From: Daphnia carinata | Taxonomy: Eukaryota | Assembly (NCBI RefSeq): GCF_022539665.2 | Contig: NC_081333.1 | Location: 1,550,001 to 1,614,000, forward strand | Direction: 5' to 3' | Length of the DNA: 64,000 nt | In this document: one piece after another, positions 12,701-24,737 of the stretch | Layout of the letters: each line of letters opens with the position of its first letter | How positions within the stretch are numbered: position 1 is the stretch's first letter | Position numbers and translations under genes: made by a program | Notes under the pieces: model-generated | Told to the model about the DNA's origin: nothing | Database searches by the model: none | What the model saw: the letters and a program-made list of their open reading frames with translations, nothing else

Positions 12701-15700
12701 TGTAAGTCCTTTGATTCCTGTGTTGATTCAGATGGTCGAATTCAAAATTCAGGGCTGCATCAAAGCAAATGCGACTCAAACACGATTTGTCCTCCTAGAC
12801 GGTAATTGGAGCTTAGAATATGGGGCTGATTACATTGTTTTGATTCATTATAACAAGCGTGATCACGGAAGCATTTAGAATCCATTCACTTAGCGTGCAT
12901 GAATAATAGCAAGGAAGAAAGTGATGCTGTAGGAAACGAACCTCTTCATTGAGCAAATCGGAAGACAATGGCGGAGTGAGCGGATCCAGTTTCAATTGCG
13001 AAACACGCTTGTAAATCTTGTGATAACATACGCTCATGATGGATAGATGAACGACATAGCAACAAATGGTGGCCGCTAAAATTGTAAAGATGATACATAA
13101 GTGTTCGCTGCAATTGTGTCAACTCGATGAAAAAAAGAAAAAGACTTACAAATTGAATAACTTAGTCCGTTGTTGCTCTGGTCATACCTAAAGGAAGAAC
13201 AAAAAAATAATAATTAGCGCTACATTGTTTCGTTAAGAACGCAAGCAACCTTCAGGCAAACTCGTGAATATTACAAGAACCTCCACTTCATCGGTGGCTA
13301 GAATCAAACAAAGTGCACGGGGGTATACATTGCGCATTGCAGAAGGGCTTCATATTACAGCATTACGGAAGTCAAGAATCTATTCAAACATTTACCAGTC
13401 AAAGGAACACGATGCGCCGAAGGGTTCGTACGTGTACGCCGACCAGCCGAACAACGGAGACATGGTGAATATTAAAGCGTAGCCGACGGTGAACACGATG
13501 CAAATGCAGCTGAGTCGCGGAGTCAAGCGATGCTCTGAGAATTAAGGGAAACGGATCGATTGTGTATTCGTTGGAGACTAATCATCGTGTCATTTAATAC
13601 GGAATTGAATTAGAACCATCGGGTTCACATTCAAAGGTTCTACTAATTTAATATGCTTACTGCTTTGGGGCCTGCAGATGATGATGTAACGAAATATGGA
13701 TACAATCACCAGCGTGTTGGCGGAAATCTGTCACAATGTGATTGATAATAAAAGAGAAAGCACATGATGGTACACAAATGCTCACCATAGCCAACGTGAA
13801 GCACGTGAATGCGTAAAATTTGCAAAAGAAATCGCCAAAGACCCAAGTGCCCGAAAAGCACGAAATTATGTTGAACCTAGAACACCGAATAGAAAGAGTG
13901 GCATTTGAGAATGAAGTGCTACATGTACGCGCCTTTATTAGCGCGTTGAAATGAAGTGTTATTACGGATAGCCGAAGAACGATACTCCGAGGTCACATGA
14001 GGCCATGCTCATCAGCAAAATGAGATGAGCATCGCGACGGAAGCCTCGGCTGCGCACCAGCACTGCAATAAAGGATCCGTTTCCCAAAGTCGAAGCAGCA
14101 GCTTTCGAATAAAACATTTGCGTTAATTAATTAACTCATTTGAGCAAACTCAAGTGTCTGTACCAATAATGAGGTATTTAATGCTCGAGGTGATGCTATG
14201 AGCTACATGATCATGCAACGAAATAGGAACACGCAACAAGCTTTCTTCCAAGTTTAATCACACGACTTGTTGTGCTTAATGCCCTTTCTTCTACCCAAAC
14301 GAACTCAATAAATTGCACTTGGGTAGTCAATAATGCAGCACTTCCGTAAAACCAAGAAATTGTAATAGCGCACTTGGCTTTTAGCCTTTAGAGCCTATGC
14401 GTTTGATTAAGTTTGATGCCACGAGTACGCATTTCTTTTATTCGTTTATCATCGATCGCCAAACAAAGAGACCCCCGACAGTAGGGAATCACTCAATCCT
14501 AAATGCTATTGTTTGACGTACACGCATTTTTTTTTTTTTTTACGGAGCTCTTATGTCTCCGGATGGCTCCCAAACATTTTGCATTTATAGAAGACAGGTA
14601 GTGGGAAACACACGTACAAAAATGGAGGGATTTAATTTTTTTATTCCGCATTTTGCAGAGAACTACTTATAAAGGTTAACGTACGTGCAATACAATTGTT
14701 TGACAGTTGGAAGTCTGACATGAACCTTTTTGTGCAGATTATTAAAAATCTATTAGTTTCTTTTGCCTCCGTTGGCAACCTACGAGCGTTCCTGCGATGG
14801 ATCTTGACGTCTGATTTAATATTATAAGCTAAAGTACAAAGACAAATTTAGAATTCTAAAAATGTTGTGGATGGTACGGCTTCATCTACGTTCTAAATAT
14901 TTTAAAATTCTAAGGCGGTTAAACTGGGTATACACGCAGCGCATACAATTTTGGTAGACATTCTCAGAATGTATTTATTCACGACAAATAGAGCACGCTT
15001 CGGGCAACGAAGAACAACCAGTCGTTGGAGTATAAGCGACTAGCACTTCAACGTTCAAGTAAGAAAGATCAATATCGGGGTTGGCGAGAGCTGATGGTAT
15101 AAGACGTGCTCGAGTACATTCTTTTTATAGATATGCATCTGCTGCGATGTGCTATAAACCGCTCATAGGCCTGTGTTACATCGAAAACGAGCAAATAAAA
15201 ATGAAAAGTATATGCAAATATGCGAGCTATGTTTTTTTTTTATGGTTGAGATACGTTTATTATCCTTTCACACTTTCCTTATCTCAAGGAGAAAAGATAT
15301 GGGTTCAACGGTATTTTAAAAACTGCTTATTTGCTACGTAACGGTAAATCACGGGCGATCGATAGGATTAGGGTCGTGAGGGATGATGGAGTGTTAAACT
15401 CGTACTCCACACAGTTTGCGATTGAAACTATTTCGTGTGAAATGAAACTTCAACAAAACGTACGTTGACGTAGTCCATCCTCTACCATGACCTTTCAAAG
15501 TACAACTCAATGTCTTATTCAGTATTTCGTGTCTCTTGTTTTTGATGTTGTCCATTGTGGGTAGCGTGAATGGCGAACTGCAGATGGTTTTGAGCGGTTG
15601 TGAATAGATTCAGTCAAGTCCTGGAAATAAATTTTGCCATGTGTGACGTACATTTACTCCATGTTGTTGGTAGTAATGTCTCGGCCGTATGTTCACGTCT

Positions 15701-17587
15701 TAATCGATACATGGAATCGTGACAGCCGCCCAATTCCCTTGAATTCATGCGAAATTCGCTGACAAGGCCTGCCTATTTAACTTTAACAGCTTTTAAAATA
15801 GTGCAAAGTTGATGGAGAACGGGTGGCTGATGGTAAACGCTCCGGTTTTCCTAAAACCCACAGCTTTTCAACGACATTCAATTGACAGTTTCATAAACCT
15901 CACAGGATTTCACTAGGACTGTTCCATGCTAGACGGCTGCTATACCTGAAGAGCTGCAAGATATGCACAAAGTACACAATGGGCTTGTAATGTCGAGTTC
16001 ACGAAGTTTGATCGGATTATGGATTTAGTACCGGGTACACTTTATAGACAAGCCTTACTGTTAGATACACGGGCAGCCTATAGGTGCTATGCAAACGACG
16101 TCGTGACCGCTGAGCACTATGTATCCAGATTACACTTTATTTACAACGAGATGCGTACTGCCTCTTTGTCGCTGTCATCTAAACTAACTGCACAGAGAGA
16201 TTAGAGTTATATCTCGTCACCCCATTCCACAGGTGTTTTTCATGTCGTTACCTTTACAGATTTAACAACCAAGACACTCGTATCGAGAGCTTGCACCCGG
16301 CCAAAACTGTTAGAATTTTAATTGTCTTTATTGTGTATGCATGGTGGCCTTAAACTGCATGACAAACTCGTTCGTCTTTCATTTCCTTTCCATGAAATTT
16401 TAATTGAATAACTTACAACACAAAAAAAAAACTTTGAAATCGAAAAGTTTCATTGCCTATTTATTTTCTACTTTATATATAAAAAAAAAAAAACTTAAAG
16501 ATAAAATTTAAGAAATAAGAAAGTGCAGCAGTAAAATAAAATGTTCAACGAATGAGAATGTGTTAGAGAAATACGACAAAGAAAGACAGAATCGGTTCTC
16601 TTAATTTGCCTGAAAGGCGAGGTCTTTATTTACTGGGTTTCTCAATTACGCGCTCGCAACAACGATAGGGTTAGGTTGCCATCACGCTTAGAATGCAAAA
16701 GATTTCCTACAAGCTCTTGAAAAGAAGGAACAAGCGCCACTTGGGCTGGATGTCTTTTTCAAAACAAAAATATAAATATAAAGCATCGCAGTGTTGTCGC
16801 AAGAACTGGATCGGTATAAGGGCACGCCATTAAGTATTCAAACTAATTTAATCGATCTAATGAAAGGTGAAAACGCAGAAGATTATTCCGTGCTTCTTTG
16901 CATCCAGTGAACATTATTTACTGGATGGGTGGATCGTCATTAATTTCCTGTTTGAATTCAACTACTGGCAAATCATAATAACGAAATGCTAAAGAAGTTT
17001 CCTGAACTACAAGGGAGGACACCCAACTTGTCAATGGTAATTCTTACGCAGTTCTCTGATGGATGAAAGGTAACTAATGAAGAAAAAAAAAACTTTTTGA
17101 TTTGAGCTCGTTCAGAAGTTTTCTGTGTCTCGTTCTTCCACTGATTATATACAGCTATATCCCAATTAATGTTAAGATTCAAAAGTTTGCACAAACTTTG
17201 CTCGTATGGACGTAGCAAATTATTTTTCTTTAATTCCCGTTCCGGGCATTGACGTTCGACATCGAAAATTCTTCTTTGCTCGAGATCAAACAATTTTCAC
17301 CCATTCAGAAAAAGATCAAATGGCCAGGGGCTTTTAAAAAAAAATTACTTAGGTTATGACGCACGTCGCCTAATTGACAGGTAGTCTGCCGCTCTACTCG
17401 TCAAGACCAACCAACATATCTTATCGTAAGTTGAGCTTCAAAAGCGTATGATCTTTAAATTCGAATCAAAATAATAATAAATAAAACATCACTTACCGAC
17501 GATGGTGAGGAAGATCCCAGTGATGGTAAGCACTTGCTGCGATACTTCAACAGTCGGTCTCGACGGCAAAGGACTAGCGTCTTCCAT
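9764..17587 (-). CDS. Opsin (class A GPCR with retinal-binding Lys), most similar in motif pattern to group-4/tetraopsins (neuropsin/peropsin-like); ~412 aa, up to 13 coding exons
   Basis: Exons 17587-17497, 14101-13966, 13876-13786, 13727-13661, 13534-13396, 13187-13150, 13075-12942, [12794-12784, 12717-12699 tentative], 12611-12514, 10755-10588, 10442-10328 and 9895-9764 sum to 1239 nt, in frame. Motifs: TM1 LGNG; TM2 MASCDLGVSFFGYP; WVFGDFFCKFYAF; TM3 end IFRY; PLFGWSAYTYEPFGASCSFDW; TM6 FFIIWSPYA; TM7 PTVFAKMSCMMNPLLY, with the Lys296-equivalent codon at 10730-10728. Confidence 0.9.
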
Positions 17588-18851
17588 GTCGATAACCGAT
17601 GAAACTATTCAACCAAAACTTAGGTCTAATATTTCTTGCTTCTTATGTGATATCAAAAACGGACGAACAGATTCGTAATCGTCCGATCTAGTCACAAGTT
17701 GGTGAGTTACTCTCAGAAAGACGAACGACTCTAGGGCAAAGTGTTGTCGATGGATGCTCATGCGCCCCTCAGTCGGACGTTGTATGATGCCTCTCTTTAA
17801 TGTCAAGTTACTCTGCGACGTTAAAGAAATTAATGGAACAAAAGTGAATAATCATCGTCTTGATTCAGTTCTGCTGATGCGTACGCATTTCTATTTTTTT
17901 CCCCAACTGCGTCATCAGCCCATTAAGTGAGTTGTTGATGAATTCGATCGATAAACTGTGTGCCGATGTGTTCGTGTTGATAACAGATTTTAATCAAAAC
18001 TAACCCTAGCCTCCAGCGTCTATCTCCTTAACGTAGCACAGGAAGAGGCCCCAACTCCCGCGTTTTCAACGTACTCGCCAAAAATCCAAGTTCATCGTCA
18101 TGAAGTCGGAAAATGCATCGACAAGAATAAAATCGATTAGGAGGAATCCAGATGAAAAAGAGAGAAAATGTTCATTTTTCCCCCTCACCCCAGCAACTGA
18201 TGGTGGATGCTATAGTAATTGGTTTATATTAGCGCAAGCACACCGTTTGTTATGCGTCCTTAATTCCAAGAAAGAGAGAGGAAATGAAAGAGCGCAAACG
18301 CTGATTGAAACCAATGCATAACTGGCTTGTCAGCTCGTTGCGCTCTCTAAATATAGCGACAAAACGTATATGCTCCTTTACTATCGTCTGTTTTACGGAT
18401 TGCCATTGTTCCTTGTTTAATCGAGAATGATGACGCAGCGCTGAGTGCAGAACATCTGAATGTTTGTCTCCTTCTTTTTCGAATCCTGTTGGTTGTACGG
18501 CTGTCATTGAGATTGCTGATCAAAGAAACACATAACACTTATTAAGCTGTGACCAGAGTTTGCATCGTGCTTCTATTCTTGTTTGATCCGCAGCAATTAA
18601 AATCGAAAGGTGCAAACACTCGCAAATAGACGATCGAAGGCGTTGCACTTGTTTAATTTCGACAGCGCTTCATTTTTTAAAATAAGCATATATGAAACAG
18701 AAAATACACGCACACACACACACGCACGTCGTGAATGATATCATTATTATATAGTACTATATGGAAGTTGAGGGGATGCTAACCAGCTTGGGATAGGGAT
18801 CGCTAGTTGGCAGCATCATTAACGGATTGTTTTTTGCATTTTTCCGAGAAA

Positions 18852-21800
18852 TTATCGGAACTTCATCTTTTTGTGACGCGACAATTTGCGGCCGACTGGC
18901 TTCGAGAACAATAGGACGATCGATTGAATCAAAGCGAATAATGCCCAGAAGGCCAGGACGGCCAAAAGAGGTAGCAACAAAGGGCCCAGGGGTAACCAAT
19001 CAAATTGATGTGCCCAGTAGCTGAGCGCCTGAGAGCCACTGGACAGGCCACACGGTATCTTCAGAACCAATCCAGGTGCTTCCTGTCGTGTCAACGGGTT
19101 TCTCGAGCACTCAAATGATTGAGTTGCGTTGCCGAAATCCAACCGTTGCAACGAATGGAGCGTCCAGCGTAGAGGCGACACCCAACGTAGCCAAGACGTC
19201 CACCAGTTCATTGTCTGCAACTGGACAGCGAAGCCGGAACCCAGAGCGGTTAGCGTAACCAGGACAGCGCTGGCCACGGTGGCCACATGACGTGATGAAC
19301 AGAGACTGGCCACACTCAGCGTCATGATCCGGATGGCGTAAAGATAAAACATCATGTAACCTACCGAGATAAAAGAAAACGTTCTGAATGAACACGTACG
19401 TTATGTTTGATTGAATAAAAAACATACCTATTTCAATGAAAAGGCCTTCAGCTGTATGGAAACCTGCTAGGGCGTAAGCTGGCAATAGATAGCCCATGAA
19501 AATGCCTCCAGCCGCCAAAAAACTTGACGTCGTCTTTGAAAAAAAGAAAGATACACGTTAATTAGATGATTTCAAACATCTCGCAACGCTCAAGAAATGC
19601 ATCGCCGGAGATTGACAAACTCATAAAAAGCTTTTGCTTTTTGACGAACGTGGGTGCTATTCTTCAAACTCAATCACCAGAGCTCGATACTTCCAAGAAT
19701 TTTGTTTGAAAAGAAACTCATATTGAGACTAGTTTCAAAAGAATCCCATTGTACACTCCCCCTTTTCCTCTATATCAATACAGGGCTCAGCTAGCCTTTA
19801 ACTTTGTTTGATTAGTTCCAGCCAAGCGTCCACCGGAGCCGACAGGAAACATAGGCACACGCACACAGAGAATGAAGGGTCAAAGATATCGAATACCTTG
19901 GAAGCAAAATGGACCCATCGGCCAAAAAGTCGATCGTTGACGTCACGCTCAAGCGAGTCCCTCTCCTTCCACACGTCGGTGATCATCAGCATCAGGGTAG
20001 GCCAAATGGCCACCGTTCCCAGTACGTAGTGCAGCGCCAATCTGTCGTTAATATCCTCTTGCTCGGCCAGCAAACCGTGATGCGTTGAGCGGACGTTCCA
20101 AAAAATGGCGCCGTGAACGAGCGACATGACGACGCTCGTCGTGAAGACGGCGAACCAACGCCGCAAGTTCGTCGGGAATGTAAACACGAGCGAACGTCTA
20201 TCAGATATTAAAGAGTGCATATTTCTTAATCTGGGCTGATCGATCCAGTGCACAATAGGCCGTGCTCGGGGAACGTCCTTCTTCCCCAGCTGAGAATAGA
20301 GCAAGCTTTTAATGTTTAACTTACATCCATAAAGCAGCAATCTTGAGCAGGAAATTAGCGCGTTTATTACGCGGAGGCAATATTCCTGGAGGACCAGGAT
20401 CAGACAGTGGCTCCTGTCTACGACGAAATGTCTCGGCTAAATGCTCTGCTCGCTGGCTCGACTCGAGCAGAGCTTCTCCAGTTAAATCGTCCAATGTCAC
20501 CAAGTCAACTGCATATTAAAAGCGATAAATATTGGGTTATTTCAAATATACATCTGGAGCATTCATTTGAATTTTGAATTACGATAATAATCGGAGGGAT
20601 TCTTGTAGGCTGGGCACGGGAATTCGATGAAGGCGAAATAGGGTAGCATTTCACGTCTACGGCCGCAGTACATCATCCGGCCGGATGAAATTAATGCCAC
20701 TCTGGAGAGCATAGTGAAGATTTCATAGGTGGGCGGATGGACAGTCAAGACGACAATACGTCCTCGAGCGGCCCATTGGCGCAGGTACTCGACGAGGAAG
20801 AACGTGTCGAAGATGTCCATGCCTTTGGTCGGCTGATCTAATAGGACGATGTCAGTGTCGAGAAGGAGATGCGACGCAACGTTGAGACGACGCCGTTCCG
20901 ATACTGTCAGCCGCCCGACTCGAGTATTCCGCACCGGTTCAAGTCCAAGATCCGTAATTAAAGCATCGATCTATCGTGGCAATTTTCCAAAAATCAATGG
21001 ACCGTTGAGATAATGCAATCAATACACGCACAAAAGAACTGATATCGAATTTTAATCATTCAATTATCGATCGACATGTGTGCAACCTTAAATATATTGC
21101 CCTCGGAATTCAACGATGCATTGGCGCTTTGATTTTTTTTTTTCAGCCTGCGTTACGCAATCGATGCGCTGTTTCAAGCGTCGTTCCCCCCCCCCCAATC
21201 CAGTTCCATGTTTCTTTGATGTCATACAGAGCTATGCAGATGCGTTCGAAAGTGTTTCCCATTTCACGCCGTATAGGATGTGAACGGAAACAGCTTTATC
21301 TCAATTGTTATTTATTACGTGGGATTTTTCGCATCGTCTACCTTGCCACTCGGCGAGCCTCCTTTCCGTGGTAAAACACATTTCTCCAGGAAATGGTGGT
21401 GTGCATCGACCAATAGGAGACATCGTGGAGACATGGAGACCCGTCGTTATTGCATATCCAGCGGACTTGAACGCCGGTAATCGACTACGTGTAGGACAAA
21501 AGAAAAACTCTGTCGCACTTGCTTCCACGTCTGCACATTTTTTTACCAAGCTAAACCAAGTACAGGTGTCAGGGAAACGGGTCACGTACACAACTTAAGT
21601 TTCCGCTCCCTATTTTTTTGTTTTTTTTTTATTGTATTTCTAGTTTGGCAATTTATTTCGTTACCGTGACGACAACGAACCTGATAAAAAAAAAAATAAG
21701 GGCATGTGAAACATAGGCAGCTTGATCTAATTATATTTTATAGCTGACTCGTTTGGTTAACTTTGGTAGGTAACACACAACTGTGGAGTTGCCACGCCGA

Positions 21801-24737
21801 AATAATACCGGGAGGGAAAAACAAAACAAACAAATGCCAAATAGTTCACGCTGCTAGGCACCAATCAAAACAGGTTGTCTAACCATTCCAGTTTGCTGGA
21901 TCATCTGTGAATTGTCATCTCTTTCTCTTCTCGCCGGAGGGAGAATGTTAAGGATTTAAAACGCTCTTATTTCACAGTTGAACGATATCACGCGGGATTC
22001 GGGGGAATATTTCTTTTTTTTTTTTCCTTATAGTCTGTCAGAATAAATTTGGACTGGGGATCGTGTGAAAAAAAAAAGATGGCCGATATCTGGAGAGCCT
22101 CTCTAACAGCTTCTTCGATTTCCCCCTTTTTCATCTAATTGTCAGGATCGTGAATCTTACTCGTCGACCCTACTATATCGTTCGTATGATGAAAAGAGAT
22201 TAGAGCGTTCGATTTTTTATGTGGCAGACTTCAAACGAGCACAAAGAGATACTCTTTCTACCAAGTCTGTGAGGAGAACACACCGTTGCTAAGGTAACGC
22301 TGACGATGAAAGATATAACACTACGTCAAACTTACTCTGCCTTTGGTATCGAAATTGCGAGCCGGCCGGCCCGGTGCTTGTAGCAAAGCAGTGAAGAGTA
22401 ACGTCTGACGGACGGTCATATCCGGACACCAGCGGATGTCCTGTTGAACGTAGGCCAGCCGATCGGACAGGCCAGCCGATGTTGTAGTGACGCCGTTCAC
22501 AACCAAATCGCCCCGCACTTTGAAGCCCCACTGACGTGGTAAGTTGGCCAAAATGTCCAGCAAGGCCGTTCCTTCCCGTTCTATTTTCAAAATCAAAATT
22601 TGCCTTTTAAATGATTCGTTCAAGATAAAAAGATTATTTGAATAAAACGAACCTGATGTTGCTAGAATTCCAAGAATTTCACCGGCCCGGGCTTCGAAGG
22701 AAATGTCGTCCAGCAAGTGGATGCGATGTCCGTTGACTGTCGGCTTGTCGTAACAGAGTCCTCGCACCTGCAAATGTGGATGCTTCATGTGCGGCTGATG
22801 GGCCGTCAGGTCGTCGCCATCATTGCTGCCGTCACCAAACTGTTGTTGCTGCTGAGCAAAGTACTCGTCGCGGGGGAAGTATTTCTCGTTGAGCATGATC
22901 TCGTCCCTCTGCGGGTAGACGCTGAATCCGGCACCGGTGACGCTTCCTACGATGCCGCCACCACCGGGCGGTAGACCTTGAATATGTCGACTGCGATGTT
23001 GTTGCCGTGAATGGAAAGACAGGTGAGATGACGTCCCACCGCCGCCACCACCGCCCATTTTCGAATATTTAGACTGCTGGCTCGCCGGACGGCTGTTGTA
23101 TCCTCCGCCGCCGCTTAAATGAGGCGTGGTCGGATCAGGTCTTTGCCTGAATCCTTCAGCTAACAATTTTTTAGAAAAATAAAATTATTTATTTTAAATA
23201 ATTTGATACAAAAGGTGTTTCTCAACTGAAGAATAGCGAATTGATTCGTTAACACAAAAAAAGGGGGATAATAAAATATCATTTTAGGCTTGTTTTTCTT
23301 TTTCAAGTAGAGAAAGGATATACCGTCACGCATTCCTTCGTTCTCAAACGCAACTGCGTCACGCCATTGCAATGTTATGGGAGAGACAGAGAGAAGTAAA
23401 GCTCAGACCGTGTCCAGTTTATTTAGTGCCTCTTTTTAATGTTCCAGGAAGGCGTGGTTGGTTCTCCACCACAGAGGCTTCAACAATCGGTGCGGTTTTA
23501 TTAATAGTTTTTTATTATTTTTTTTTTTTTACCTTGAAAATGTTCACCAAACACGGACGAAGGCAACAGTAACGCGCACTAGTCGCAAGAAATCTTCCCG
23601 TTTTCGTAACAATGGCCAACCCTTTAACAGACGTGTAATACGGCAATTCTTCATCTATTTTAAAGGATATACATATTTTTTTTTTTCCTTGTGTATAACA
23701 AAGCCCAATCTTCCTCCGAAATCTATACGGACAATACGAGATTCAATTGCGGCTTGTTGAGCCGGATAAAACGGCAATCGGCTTTTGCCGGGATTACGGT
23801 GCGCAGCGTACACCGACTGTTAGAGCCAAACATTACGCCGTGCCCATTAGTTTCCTATTCTCCGAAACTCAGATCATCATCTAACGTACGGCCGTGTTGT
23901 TAAGGTACACACACATAAAGTCTGATTTCCTAGTAGCTGTTACCCAGAGACATCTCTCTATTTTTCAAACATATACGTAATTGAAAAGTTATGTACCTGA
24001 CAGCAGATTGGCTTCGCTGATGCTCTTCATGCGTTGCTCTCGGCTTCTATTTTTATGGCCTTGTTGGCCATCGATCGCACCGTTCGGATTCTGGATGAGG
24101 TTTTTGCGGAAGTCTGGATCGCTGCGAGATAACAGAAGATTCTTGGATCGCATGACGGGAGAGCCGTCGTTACTCGAATCATAACCGCTGGACTCTTCGC
24201 GACCCGAACGGGCCACCACGCGAGGCAAGCCGAATTTCAAATAGGCGTTCGTGTTGTGAGCGAGATTTGATTTAGGTCCACACTTCGGATGATTCATGAT
24301 TGAATTAACTGTTAAGGAAGAATGAAGCGATTAACGAGACGTGAGAACAATGAAATCCTTTCGAATCAAGTGAAACTAAAAAGTGCGTGCAAAAGTCTTT
24401 GTTTGATTGACGAACGTCGTCGTCTCTTTTAAATGAAGCATCAAGCTATTAGATGTCAATCAAATCAAATTGATCTACATATACACTCACTGGTAGTGGA
24501 GTCTAACTGGAAGTTGCCGTAAGGTAACGGAGCTTTCATGTTGCTGCCGAGTGCCGAATCGGCGAAATCTGAATTGAGATTCTGTCTGTAGATGGACCAG
24601 GCGTGTAGATCTTCTGCCGTGTTGGTCGTCCGCTGATTATTGTCACCATAAGTCGCCGGAGCGTTAGACTGGAGCTGGGCGATGGCCGGCACCGAATACC
24701 GACGTTCACGGCCGGTCATTTCCCACGACTCGGCCAT
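18852..24737 (-). CDS. ABCG8: ABCG-family half transporter with long N-terminal extension (ABCG8-like; resembles Drosophila CG31121 type), ~932 aa
   Basis: Exons 24737-24491, 24308-23997, [23353-23324 optional], 23159-22653, 22580-22336, 20970-20583, 20508-20325, 20197-19897, 19533-19428 and 19360-18852 give 2799 nt in frame without the optional exon. NBD: LDDISFEARAGEILGIL, AYVQQD, LTVSERRRLNVA, VLLDQPTKGMD, FPCPAYKNPSDYY. A C-terminal ABC2-type membrane domain follows (WLRWVSPLRW). The symbol is an orthology-group label, not proven. Confidence 0.9.

Noticed and set aside
16973..17293. 106-aa ORF nested in opsin intron 1
   Set aside because: TTG start, runs through a poly-T tract, no recognisable domain or clear exon boundaries.
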